Origin: Octopus bimaculoides | Lineage: Eukaryota | DNA: 64,000 nt | Assembly: GCF_001194135.2 (NCBI RefSeq) | Contig: NC_068998.1 | Span: forward strand, 7,159,698-7,223,697 | Direction: 5' to 3' | In this document: one piece after another, positions 51,285 through 64,000 of the stretch | How the letters are laid out: each line of letters begins with the position of its first letter | Numbering within the stretch: position 1 is the first letter of the stretch | Position numbers and translations under genes: made by a program | Notes under the pieces: generated by a model | Seen by the model: the letters and a program-made list of their open reading frames with translations, nothing else | Told to the model about the DNA's origin: nothing | Databases searched by the model: none

Positions 51285-52104
51285 CAAAGTTGTATCACCT
51301 CAATAACTCTTCCATCGTTACTCTATAAAACTGACAGACGTGTCAATAACAAAACATTAACACCTACAAAACATTCGTGTAAAGATAAATATTGATCTCT
51401 AAAAGGAAAATATACGCTACATATTAGATTTATACACAAATATGTAACGCTCGCAAAAAATACACATTCGTATAAATCTAAACATATAAACAAAAACGTT
51501 ACAGAGCGGTTTGCGGCTGGGTAACGAGAATGTTTACTACGAGGAGTTCGATACTAATGTTGACATTCTAGAAATCTCGTTGTTAGTCGCTTGCATTATT
51601 AATCACAACTGATGTATTCAAATTATCAACGCATTCCCTACACAGATAGGAACATGCTAAAAAGATGCATATACAAAATAATGAATTTAGGTCAGAGATC
51701 GAAGCTCCTTGGAATATTTGCGTAAACTACACTCTCTGGAATTCCAATGGGATACAACAAATATGTATGGATATTTCTTGAAGGTATTGCACCAAATGTT
51801 GGCATACAAAGATCGGACTAAAGGAATAAGGGGTACTGTTAGATGCCAACTAACTTTTCCTCAAACAAATCAGTAATTGTCGTCGCAACAAATGTTTCAT
51901 TTAAAGATCTGGAGTTTTGTAACTGTCTTCCAAAATGTTTACAAAATATTAAGTAAAAATTGAACATGAGCCTGCTGAAAGCAAACACTCACACACACCC
52001 TACATTCACTGATACAATCACATATACATACACAAACACGCACACTCACACTCACACAAACACACACACTGACACACGTAGAAATGTTGATGCAAATGTA
52101 GGGA

Positions 52105-52240
52105 AACTTTCTTCCCGACCACATGATTCTGAGTTCAGTCCCACTGTGTGGCACCTTGAGCAAGTGTCTTCTACCATAGTCTCAGGCTGACCAAAGCCTT
52201 GTGAGTAGATTTGGTAGACGGAAATTGAAAGAAGCCCATC
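52105..52240 (+). mobile_element. Family B SINE 5' half
   Basis: accacatgattctgagttcagtcccactgtgtggcaccttgagcaagtgtcttctac...gatttggtagacggaaattgaaagaagccc. Confidence 0.9.
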
Positions 52241-52910
52241 ATATCACTCTCTGTCAATATATATATATATATATTATGACATTGCGGAATACCAAAACGC
52301 TATCAACAAATAAGTAAGAAATCAAGACGTCGAGCTCAAAAATTATTATACCTCATAAAAGATTCTATCTTGGCAAGTGAAACTGTTTTGACGGAAGCAA
52401 GAGAACAGCCGAAGAGTAAAAGAAGATGGCCGTATTGGTATATCGAAGGCAAAGAAAGAATCATGTAATTCTTTGCCAAATGCTCGCTGTACCAGTGGTA
52501 CAGTATATGTGCAAACCGTAGAAACTATCGCCTAAATGTCGTATAACTTAACAATTTTTATCTCTTAAAATTGTATGTATATGCCTTATTTAATTAAAAC
52601 TGAAAGTCGTATATTTTAACTTGACATTTCTGTACATTAATATAGATGTATATTCACTCCTTATTTAATTAAACCTACTTAAACGTACTCAAATTTCGAT
52701 ATTCTTCATTTGTAATCCGTTACAATTACACTTCTAGTTGATGTACAGATAAATTGGATTAGTTCAGTATTGAAAAAAGGTAAAACATTTCCACTGCAAA
52801 CTTTAAAATGTGCTTCTCGCATAAGTGACCTTTTTTGTAGTTACGACTATTTCAATTATAAACTACGTTTTACCTGTCTACATACAAACACAGTGAGTGA
52901 ATGAGAGAGA

Positions 52911-52956
<46 letters not shown>

Positions 52957-53561
52957 ATTTACATATGTACACATGTACCTACATACTTTAATATATATAT
53001 ATATTAATGAGCGCGTGTATGTATGTGTAGGTATTTATATGAGTCTGCATGATACACCTCATGCATGTATGTGCAGATACAGACACACATACAAGTATTT
53101 ATGTATATATGTACAAGCATATATGCGAATGTATATTTATTGGCATATATACTCCAAAGTGTGTGATACAGTTTTACACATAGGTGATGCAGCTTTGCAA
53201 CAATTTTACATATGAACGCAGTTTGTAAAAAGTTTACAATTTACATAAGTTTTTCTGATACTTTGCGTCTGCTATCCACAACCCGCAAAATAACCAGATA
53301 TCTATTTTCTAATTAAATATCTTAATTTTATTAATGGAAAAAGTATACGTTTGTGAATGTTAAAAAACAAAAAGAAAACAAGACAATTTATTATATCAAT
53401 TTGTGAAAACTTTTGAAATAAAACGTTTTCTCACAAAATGAAAAATAAATACTTTATAAGTTATATATTTGTTTATTTTAATTTAAGTTCATTATTTTTG
53501 TTTTGTTGAATTTTTCATGAAGTTCAAATTGAGCCATATTTTTTACCTGCTTGGATGAACA

Positions 53562-53940
53562 ATTCTGAGTGAATCAAAATTTTCCGCACAAACTGAAGTT
53601 TGTCAGCATCCTTTTTAAAAGCAATTTATCTAAAATATGGTAAATTCATATGGCTATGTATAACCCGCGCCGGCCGTGCACTGTGTTTAGCACACACACA
53701 CACGTACCTATATCCTTGTATTTACATGCACACACAGTTTTATAATTTGATTCTGAGTGAATCAAAATTTTCCGCACAAACTGAAGTTTGTCAGCATCCT
53801 TTTTAAAAGCAATTTATCTAAAATATGGTAAATTCATATGGCTATGTATAACCCGCGCCGACCGTGCACTGTGTTTAGCACACACAGACACGTACCTACA
53901 TCCTTGTATTTACATGCACACACAGTTTTATAATTTGATT
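53562..53940. repeat. Near-perfect 188-bp tandem duplication
   Basis: attctgagtgaatcaaaattt... starts at 53562 and 53750. The copies differ at only a few positions (for example cgccggcc/cgccgacc, ctatatcc/ctacatcc). Confidence 0.95.
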
Positions 53941-55469
53941 GATAGTAACATCTAAGTTTTATTAGTCGTGCTATATTTTACTTGATAGCTTAAACAAGAC
54001 ACAACTGGAGAAACTTCGAAGCACTGTCAACAAAAATATCACGAACACTATATTCTATGCATGTATGGAGTCCTTCATGAAGTCGAAGTTCTTTGTGTTT
54101 ATGGTTTTAAAATTTAGGGCGTCGAATTGATAGAAATCGACAGAGTGAGGGATATATTGGTTGGTTTTATTTATTTGTTTTAGTTCTGTGTGCTGTAAAT
54201 TCAAATCTCATCTCGGTCATCTGTGTGTTTTATCCTTTCTGGGCCAATAAATAAAAGGACCAACAAACTATTGAGATACATTCTTCTTCTTCTCCTCCTA
54301 CTCTCCCTTCCCCTCTCTTTCTCTCACAAGAAGAGTTCAATCTCATGTAAAGCGGACGCCGCCAACTTTAAAATGCCCGAGATAAGTCGTTTACTATGAT
54401 GATGAGTCAAAACTATTCCATCTGTGGAGTTCAAGGCAAGGCATATGTATATTACAACAAACATTAATGTTTTTCAGCACTCTCGTGGACTCCTTTTTCG
54501 GAATGTATCTTTCAATACATCTCTGAAAAGAGTTACAAATATCAATATATACTTATATCTATCAAAAAATCAAATGAGAAAGTTATTAAAATTAAAAATA
54601 CATTTGTGGAAAATGGATTATATTTTGAAGTAGTACATTAAAACTACGTACAGTAGTAATACATTTTACTGTTCTACGCCATTTAGTTACTTCAAAATGT
54701 CTGCATCACGTTTATAAATATTTCTGTCGATTTTCTAAGTCCTTCATAAATATTTATTTGTATTTTGACGAAGTTTGTTTAATGCAATGAGTGAGTGTTC
54801 TTGTCAGAGCAATGTAAAGTTAGTTACTGCAAATCCTCTTATAGCATTTAGCAAGAATGAATCGTTTATTTAGCTAATTTTTTTTAATGGATTTTCCATA
54901 GGTTAGCCTTTAAAATTATGCTAGCAAATATAATTCGTCTCATTTAAAAAAAAATCTTGTATATAAATAAATAACAAAACCAAGATTTCATCTTATAAAA
55001 ATTTGTGGCACACCAAATCATCCGCTGCAAAGTATCAATCAACTTCGGTGCCCAATCTTTTATGCCAACAAACTAAAATCAAGAAACAAAGATATTTCAA
55101 AAATATTCAATGGTTTTTTTGTAGCTGAAAAACAACACTGAGGCAATATTATATCAATAATTTATAAAATACATTTATAGCAACAAAAATATGGCGCCTC
55201 TTTAAATCTTCATTTGAATTTGGAGAGCGCCGTGACCATCACGGTTTGTCTTCACTCATGTTGTTTTTCTACGTAATGCCTTTTATGAAGAAAACTGCTT
55301 CTCTTTATAGATTTGCAACAAGCCAGTCACTTTCCCATTGCATTTTTCAATGATTGTGAAGAAGTTTCTGTTCCCCTTGGATAGAATAAAAACCACCAGT
55401 TTATTTTTCTTGACACCCCAACTTGAAGCAATGTGATACATACGCACATAAAGACAGGTATATACACAC

Positions 55470-55535
55470 ATGAGGGATGCTGAAAAGTTTCTGGCTTTCA
55501 GTAAAAGAAAATACAGGAGGATCAGTTCATTATGG
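55470..55535. mobile_element. Mariner-like terminal fragment
   Basis: atgagggatgctgaaaagtttctggctttcagtaaaagaaaatacaggaggatcagtt resembles mariner TIRs of the tacgagggg.gctgaaaagtt type (recall). A shorter similar motif lies at about 45061. Confidence 0.45.
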
Positions 55536-55679
55536 CCACGTAATTCCGAAGTATAATTCTTCACCACGCAATCATACCTGTACCTATGTCGATAACTTAA
55601 TCAAAAGCAAATGGTTCGAACTAAGAAAAGAAATAACTCCAAATTGAATTAATATTAAATTAATGAAAAGCAGCAAGTC

Positions 55680-55845
55680 GCAAAATCGTTAGAACGTATT
55701 TACGCTCTTAGCCCAGGTCGACTTTGCCTTTCATCCTTTCGGCGTCGATAAGATAAAGTATCAGTTGAACAGTGGGATCGATGTAATCGATCTACCATCT
55801 CCCTGAAATTGCTGGCCTTGTGCCAAAACTTGAAACCAATATTAA
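55680..55845 (+). mobile_element. Family A SINE, 5'-degenerate
   Basis: ggtcgactttgcctttcatcctttcggcgtcgataagataaagtatcagttg...gctggccttgtgccaaaacttgaaacc. Confidence 0.88.
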
Positions 55846-56945
55846 GTGAGCCAGCTTTAAAAGGTGTATATGGGACTTAACATTTATCATTTCACAAGAG
55901 ATTTTTGAGAAACGGCAAAAGAATTTTCTACAGACACAGTTTATGATCACCTTCAGTTTTAAATTTCGACACGACAACATTCTGCGGAGTAGTTAATGAA
56001 TGAGGTTGACCAATAAGACACGCTACAGCTTTTGTTGATGAACCAACAACAAGGGAAATTTTTACGCGGCAGAACGATCAACAAGAAATACCAAGCTAAG
56101 TTTTCCTCAAATCACAGGATACTGTCTAAAAAAAGTAGACACATTGGATAATGCAGTCCACTTATAATCTATATAATGTCTAAATAATATTAGTAATGCT
56201 GGATATGTCACGTTTAGATCGATTCTGATCATAGGTCTTATTCGATCAACAGTAACTGCTGTCGTCAGTAGCTGATATTCAAACTGACATACCGAAAAGT
56301 AAAGATATTTCGCTATTAATGTAATGGAAATTAGAGGGCCCCACTGCATAATTTACAGTATCTAAAGTTCAGTGCACCAGTATTCGAATCGATTTTGCCC
56401 TTCATCTTTCAAAAGACACGCAAACACACTCAAAACGCCAGCACATGTAAACACACACTCACAAACACAGCCGCATAGGAAGACAGATAAATAGATACAC
56501 GAATACTGATTTTATGCTTTTATACTTTCTATCTCTAAAGAGTATGTTAGCAAAGCAAAAGAAAATTTTCTTAGTAAATAGTCAAAGGTAAACTTACATC
56601 GTTTATTTTGTTTGTATAGAATGTAGAAAAGCAGAGTAGGAAAACAAATACACACACACACATATATATAATAAGTTAAGATTCAGGTGGATAAGGTGAC
56701 ATCAAAATCAAAATGCATAAACAGCAACTATAGACAAAAACAAACATTTGTATTAAGGTACAGGCAAAAAAATATTCAGGTTATGTATAGAATTAATTGA
56801 ACCCAACTGAGTATATTATCAGACTTTGGTCTAATTCAGAAATGCACCTTGTATTAAATATATGGTCTACAGTGCACTTCAGAACACACAAGAAGTAGTT
56901 TATGAGAGAGGTGAATCATAAATAAATAGGAAATGATAGATAGGG

Positions 56946-57356
56946 GTCAATTCATTACAGTTGTTTCCAACGAATTTCTTAATTGAGCAATGCTTACATT
57001 ATATCATTATAACAAACATTTTTCTTCGGATGAATACATGAACTATACTGTCAAGGACTTTTAAAAACATAAAATCCACAGCATGTGTATATCATCGCTG
57101 GTCACAGAATGAGTTTGCCAAATAAAAGCAAATTGAAAAGTCTTTCTTAATTTGTTTTGATTTGGCAAAGTCATTCTGTGACCAGTGATAATCGTAGAAT
57201 CACAAAATATGCACGTGCCATAGACTTTATTTGTTTTTAAATATCCTTAACAGTACAGTTCATGTATTCATCTGAAGAGAAATGTTTTTTTATAATGATA
57301 CAATGTAATCATTAATTAATTGAAAAATTTGTTGGAAACAGCTGTAATGAATTGAC
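56946..57356. repeat. 411-bp imperfect palindrome (foldback/MITE-like)
   Basis: gtcaattcattacagttgtttccaac...atcgctggtcacagaatgagtttgccaaat pairs with atttggcaaagtcattctgtgaccagtgat...gttggaaacagctgtaatgaattgac. Centre near 57140 with almost no spacer. Confidence 0.92.
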
Positions 57357-57530
57357 GCACATCAATTGTTTGTTATATATATAAAAATATATAAATATAT
57401 ATATCTATATCTATATATAAATATATATAATATATATATAAATGTATATATGACTATATCTGTGTATATATATATATATATATATAAACGTATATATGTA
57501 TATGTAGACACGTGCATATATATAAATCGA

Positions 57531-57672
57531 ACAAATCAATCCCCAGGACTTATTCTTTGTAAGCCTAGTACATATTCAATCAGTCACTTATGCCGAACCG
57601 CTAAGTTACGGGGACGTAAACACACCAGCATCGGTTGTCAAACGATGTTGGGGGGACAAACACAGACACACA
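57531..57672 (-). mobile_element. Family B SINE internal 3' fragment
   Basis: ccccaggacttattctttgtaagcctagtac...gccgaaccgctaagttacggggacgtaaacacaccagcatcggttgtcaa. Confidence 0.9.
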
Positions 57673-58243
57673 GTATTTAATTTTGCTCAACACTTCGACG
57701 ATTCTGCTATTCAACCGCCGTAATTTCTTAATTTAAGCAAAAGGTTGCTAAAAAACAAAACTAACTTGGAATGACCGGTGGCCTGTATTTGATCAACATA
57801 GATAGAAACAGATATATCTTCTAACACCTCACAACATAAATTCATGATTTATTAAAGCTATCTGCGCTTCTAGAGGATGTACCCTAAATATAAAACAACA
57901 ATAAAGACTTGATCTACTCGAGAAAGGGAGATAAACTCAAAATTCTATGACTCTCAAAAGTTAAGAGGCCATGAAAAGAAAAAGAGGACAGGTTTTTCTT
58001 TTTTGTCTGGCGATAAGAGAATAGATGCACATAAACATTTCGTTTCCAAGGAATTAACAATATACGTGAACTGGCATCAACTTGGGATTGAAACCGGATG
58101 TCTGATGCACTACCGTCCTCATCCGATGCTACGACGATTTAAGACAATCATAAGATTATTAATAACATATTCGTTGTCAATATGATTTTCGAGAATAGAA
58201 TAAAAATGACAATTTTCATTTCAACAACAATAACGATAAAAAC

Positions 58244-58334
<91 letters not shown>

Positions 58335-60400
58335 AATCTAACATTTATATAATGTAAAATAGATATATAAATTAAAAAATGGAATGGTGAAAGAAAAATT
58401 GCATTTCATCTACAGAATTTTTATTCACTCCGTTTTACTGTTATATTGAAATCTATAATCACAATTTCTTTGTATTTTCCATTCTTAGATACGATTATGA
58501 TATAGCTTATATTAACTTATGATGAAAACTACAATGCCAAAGTTTAATCAATAATCGGAATTTTCTGGAATTTTTTTTTTTTCTGTATGATAGAAACTAA
58601 AGCAGCGAAGGTAAACTTAAATGAATATAATAACTAGCATAGAAAAAAGAAAGGAATTTTTCTGTTGAATACTTATTGCAAATAATCATTTAATCAGTGA
58701 AATGACGAACTGCAATGGTATGCAGAGACATATTTCTGTGAATACCCGATCTATTGATCATATATATTTGGTCTTATCTAATGCAGCTAATATAGGAAGG
58801 TAAAGACATGATGTTATTGTATAAGCTAGCAATTTTGTTACGGTTTAAGTTATCAACATAGTACGAGATTTTGCTTCATCTGTTGTAGCAATCTCAACTT
58901 AAATTCTAATGGTTTATTCAAAAGAACTAAACAACAAATAAATCAAGGACTCATATATGTAATAAAATGGTAAAACCTATGATCAGAGTTGCTCCAGTTA
59001 TGATCTTTCTCTTTGTTTTGTTAATAAGACACTGAATTTTGTAAAGTGTTTCTTGGACTAGATTATTCAAGATTCCTTTGCTTATTAAGACGCAAGAATG
59101 TGATTGGAGGCCGACTTGTTTTCTAATTTTAGCAGGTTGAGCTACCACGTATAAGATCATTTGTTGCTTCACTGAAAGACGTTTGTCTCAATGGTTCCAC
59201 TTATTTAATAATATGCGTGTTAAAATGGTTTTAACACTATAACCCACTGAGGAATTTTCCTCTCGTAGATATCAAAAACACGAATTGTTGAAATTAAACG
59301 ACTGAATTCTAATCTGAGTATTTATAATATACAATGTATCGTATCAAAATATGTATGTGCAAGTGTGTGTATGTGTAGGTGAAATAAATCTTATTGTAGA
59401 TCTAGAAATTCGTCTATAAGCTGATAAAAGGTTAACTGAAACGTTCACGCTTTGTGCGTAAAGACTTGGTGTTAACAACTTTTTAGGGTATATCGGATAA
59501 AGAAAATACTCAACACAGATGTACTAATGTTAGTTCAACACCGCGTTCTTTCGGGGTCGATAAAATAAGCTCAGTTGAGCATTGGGGTTGATGTCCTCGA
59601 CTTACTCAATCGTGCCAAAATCTGAATTCGTTCTTTTTATTTTTGTTTTCATTGTCATAGTTATAAAAAGGTTAGACAAAATATATCGCAAATATTTTGT
59701 ATGAAGTCGGGCAAAGAATTATGATGTAATCTCTTTTAATGTGATAAATAGGTAGCGGTAAACTATGAACGAATCAAGCTTGTAACTTATTCAATGCAAA
59801 CTGGGGTTGTCAATTAAGACAAATCAAATATCATATGTGACAACCAAAATACACACACACACAAACACACACACCCACACAAACACACACGCACACACAC
59901 ACACACACACAACCCTGAGGAAAGTAAATTAATTTGCACGAAATCGTTGGAAGTATGTAGGTGACGCATGAAAGCAAATGACAACGTAATTAATATGGCT
60001 TCTTCAAAAGCGGTACCGGCTTCAACGAAAGCTTGTTAATTAAAGAAGCATAAACAAGAGGATGAATATCATCATACAACATGAACAACAAACCAATGGA
60101 GACATAAGGATGAGTTCACTTATCGTATGTCCTCTGCATTTGGCATATACACCACACACATATACGTAATTATATATATAAAAACGCATGCATGTACAAA
60201 GAAAGGTGTGTGTATGTGTGTGCGTATATATACGCACATATATATGCATATAAGTACGTGTATAAATATACGTATAAATACATAAACATTTATTCACAGA
60301 CATACGTATCTATGTGCATCAATCTATTTATTTCTTTATCTCTCCCTTCCTCCCTTCCTCCCTTCCTCCCTCCCTCCCCCCTCTCTCTATATCTATCTAG

Positions 60401-60574
60401 AGGCGGAGGAGTGGCTGTGCGGTAAGTAGCTTGCTTCACAACCACATGGTTCTGAGTTCAGTCCCACTGCGTGGTACCTTGGGAAAATGTCATCTACTAT
60501 AACCTTTGGCTGGCCAAAACCTTGTGAGTAGATTTGGTAGACGGAAACTGAAAGAATCCCATCGTATACACATT

Positions 60575-60638
<64 letters not shown>

Positions 60639-60844
60639 AGTGTGTCTGTATTTGCCCCCCCCCATCGCTTGACAACCGATATTAGTGTATTTACGTCCCC
60701 GTAACTTAGCGGTTCGGCAAAAGAAACCGATAGAATAAGTACTAGGCTTACAATGAATAAGTCCTGGGGGTCGAATTGTTCGACTAAAGGCAGTGCTCCA
60801 GCATGGCCGCAGTCACATGACTGAAACAAATAAAAGAATAAAAG
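60401..60844 (+). mobile_element. Family B SINE, full length
   Basis: aggcggaggagtggctgtgcggtaagtagcttgc head, B-box gagttcagtccc, internal (AT)n(GT)n, tail gactgaaacaaataaaagaataaaaga. Confidence 0.95.
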
Positions 60845-61039
60845 ATTACATATATAAATTTTCTTAAAAGTTATCAACTATTATAATGGAAGTTGTATTT
60901 AGAAACGGTTTTGTTTATTTCTCCTCCAATAGAATTCTTATAAAATATTCTTACTTTTCCTTTTGTATTTGATCCTTTTCGCCTGTTACTCTGTAAAAAG
61001 GAGAATATTTGGAATTTTTTATTTGCACAAATGCTTAAA

Positions 61040-61492
61040 TGTTTACTACATCGAATACATGGAATATTTTTATGAGTTGAATTTTCGACTACAAGAATTC
61101 TTCCAAAAGAAACACAACAGAGATCCGTCGCTTGTGAAAAATGAAAACAGGATTTAAGCCTCCAATGAGCAGAATTCATCACTTGAGTGAATCCATAATG
61201 TCTGAAAATATCTCCAAACTCAAATATTTCAACAGACCATCTAAAAACAAACATTATGAATGAAGAACGAAAAGATTTGGAATGTCTATATAAAGATTTC
61301 TCTATAGTCATTAAAGAAGCCGACGAAGGTGGAGCCGTGATCACAATGAACAAGACCATTTACAGGGAAATATTCTCAGAACAACTAAATAATCTGCAGT
61401 TCTACGAAAAATTAGAAACCGAGTCATATAAACAAACAATGAGTAAAACTGTTAAATTAACGAGCATCAGAACAAGCCAGCTAACAAGGAAG
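61040..61492 (+). mobile_element. Decayed Penelope-like retroelement fragment (region just upstream of the RT core)
   Basis: FRLQEFF ... FKPP ... NIMNEERKDLECLYKDFSIVIKEADEGGAVITMNKTIYREIFSEQLNNLQFYEKLET. Matches the PLE hallmarks LRLKEFF, NL...ER.AL..L, IVIK.ADKGGAVV.M and QL....FY.KL. Has frameshifts and stops. Confidence 0.85.
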
Positions 61493-62407
61493 GTCCCTAT
61501 ATAGTCGCTCAGCGTGCAAGAAGCAGCAGTCATATATCTCTCATATAACACTTCATCATCTTTAAAGAAAATTAATGTCTCTTCTGCTGTAATGACTTTA
61601 GATTCAACACGCTGTGTTTGATTATCTAACATGCTAGACAAGTACGACTCTGAAATGAAGCATATGCATATATACATATATTTAGATAAAATTATCAATA
61701 TATAATTTAATACAAAGCATAATTTCAAACAGTTGTATACATACATACACATGCAATATATTCGTTAATATACAGGAGTGTGCGTGTTACCTTTCGCAGC
61801 ACAACCCCCCCTACTAGTAACCACATTTCTTTACTACATAAATACACACATATTTATTAAAGTTTATACACACCAAGGTACATTCAAACATATAGGTACA
61901 CACACACACAATTCATTCATAGCATATAAACCTAGAAAGAAAAACAGTAGTTGCCAAAGTAGTTGTAGCAGCAGCAGTAGTAGCGGTAATATTATATATA
62001 GCTGTATTGTGTATTATGTTATATTTGTAGATCAGATCCCAACCAATTTGTTTGCTGTAGTTTGTTAACAAGAGAAAACAGCTAGACGAAAACCGTATCA
62101 CTGTTTAATTTTAGTTCTATTATATTGAACAATAATATAACCTGTTACAATTCACCGTTTCCCCCATTCATTTGAGATATTGTTGGCACACTCGCAGAGA
62201 TAAGGCTGTTTCCAATACTGTAAATATCGGCAAATCAATTCAGTCTCTGTTCTGTATTGAAGCAAATATTTCATATTAATTACAAATATCACCAACCCGT
62301 TTTTTACCCATTCCGCATTTCCAACTGATTGCTTTTCCTTACAATAATATCACATTTAATTTTTTTGTAATAGACTGACTTCGCTCTGAACTGCAAATGG
62401 CACACAT

Positions 62408-62410
<3 letters not shown>

Positions 62411-62469
<59 letters not shown>

Positions 62470-62513
62470 GAGAGTGGTGGGGGAAGTAGAGAACGAGCTA
62501 GGGATGTAAAAAC

Positions 62514-62552
<39 letters not shown>

Positions 62553-62692
62553 AGTGAAATAAGGGGAAACATAGAGTAGAGAAGTGAGTGTGTGTGTGTG
62601 AGGGGAGAGAATCAATAGAACCAAAGAGCGAGTAGAAGAGTGTGAAGGAGGTGTCCAAAGATTAGTAAAAGAGAAAATAAGAGATCTCTCTC

Positions 62693-62723
<31 letters not shown>

Positions 62724-62900
62724 ATATATATGTGAGAGAGAGCGAGAGGGGGAGGGAGAGGACGAGAGGGAGAGAGAGAAATAGGGAAATAGAAAATCAA
62801 AGAAACAAAGGAGAGAGTAAAGGAGAGAATGAGAGTGAATAGCTCAAAGGCTTAGAAAGAGAAAATAAAAGAGAGAAAAAGAAACAGAAAGATGTGAGGG
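62411..62900. repeat. (GA)n-rich polypurine tract
   Basis: Direct reading; ends at (AT)n and an N gap (62957-63145). Confidence 0.9.
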
Positions 62901-63145
62901 CATATACGTATATCTATCCATCTATTTCGTATATATATATATATATATATATATATNNNNNNNNNNNNNNNNNNNNNNNNNNNNNNNNNNNNNNNNNNNN
63001 NNNNNNNNNNNNNNNNNNNNNNNNNNNNNNNNNNNNNNNNNNNNNNNNNNNNNNNNNNNNNNNNNNNNNNNNNNNNNNNNNNNNNNNNNNNNNNNNNNNN
63101 NNNNNNNNNNNNNNNNNNNNNNNNNNNNNNNNNNNNNNNNNNNNN

Positions 63146-63191
<46 letters not shown>

Positions 63192-64000
63192 GTGTATGTA
63201 CATATGCACATATGTAAACAAAGGAAGACAAAGAATGATGTACGAAGACACAGGAAGAGAGAAAAAACATAAAGAAAAAGAGTGTCTGGTAAAGAAAGGA
63301 AGAAAAGAAAGAGAATTAATCATATTACTATGTCCTTCTCTTTCGAAGACGGTAATGTGTGACACGAGGGAAGTTTCGTTGCTATTTCTGACGTTCTGTG
63401 ACATCTCCATTTCCTCAATTAAATGCTTGATCTACGCATTCAACACAATAAGTCCTAGGTTTAATTGAAACCAATGCCTTAAGTTTAAGTTGTGAACCAG
63501 TCGAATTCACAAGATATCTATATTTATCTCAGATGAAATTTAAGGCAATGGTATTTGTTTTTTGTTTTGTTTCAGACCCCAGGGAAATGGATGAGCGTCA
63601 AAACGTATTATTTTCCATATCTGGTAAAATCTGAAACTCGGTGTCTGCTTGAAATACAATACCATTTGTGTCTAATATGTTAAACACGCTGACAAAATAG
63701 TATAGAAAAGAATAAGCTGTCATGGTTAACTTCACGGTTTATGTCAGGTGACACTATTAATCGGAGGTGTTGAGTGTGTCTGTCTATCAGACACGTTGTT
63801 AGACTATGAGTAGCTAGTTCCGTCCATAAAATAATTGGAAAAATTATCGTCCAAACTGACACGATATCCAAGTCTACATTAATTCACAAATTTGTTTTCT
63901 TATGATTTACTTTGCATTTACTTCGCATTGTTTTGGCCTTGCCCACGATCTTTTATACAATATATTCACAGTAATTATTCCATTATATATATATATATAT

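Larger units (their letters stand above)
959..63145. other. Ten assembly gaps (N runs)
   Basis: 959-968, 4814-4927, 5897-6039, 7115-7892, 15921-16401, 30212-30839, 35162-35628, about 40158-40175, 49634-50423, 62957-63145. Most abut (AT)n, (CA)n or (ATCT)n. Confidence 0.97.

Noticed and set aside
56107-56349. Minus ORF with LLTTAVTVDRI, resembling a class A GPCR TM3 DRY region
   Set aside because: No Cys at the expected 3.25 position, no other TM motifs and no convincing splice sites.
61402-61600. MLDNQT...IGTFLVSWLVLMLVNLTVLLIV read as a GPCR N-terminus plus TM1
   Set aside because: The hydrophobic part is the antisense of the Penelope fragment, and a stop follows with no TM2 motif.

Overview
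AT-rich eukaryotic non-coding DNA, very probably from an Octopus genome. That assignment rests on my recall of octopus tRNA-derived SINE sequences and the extreme (AT)n/(CA)n/(GA)n load, not on a database search. About 4 kb is N-gap, mostly beside microsatellites. I can support no intact protein-coding gene, RNA gene or CRISPR array. The long ORFs in the track are microsatellite or N-gap artefacts. The window holds: (i) more than 30 copies or fragments of three modular tRNA-headed SINE families, including two dimers each flanked by a single target-site duplication; (ii) three decayed Tc1/mariner transposase fragments (3720-4466, 16490-16800, 36710-37067); (iii) a Penelope-like RT N-terminal fragment (61040-61492) and a possible LINE ORF1 fragment (27025-27290); (iv) foldback/MITE-like palindromes (19141-19378, 3434-3718, 56946-57356); (v) Helitron/Helentron-like termini; and (vi) four degenerate minimal hammerhead-like motifs, one inside a foldback spacer. 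The region looks intronic or intergenic. A few splice-flanked candidate exons are listed at low confidence only. Coordinates of old repeat copies are approximate and all identities are by eye. Nothing here establishes a new biological system; the best leads are the hammerhead-bearing foldback element and the dimeric SINE units.
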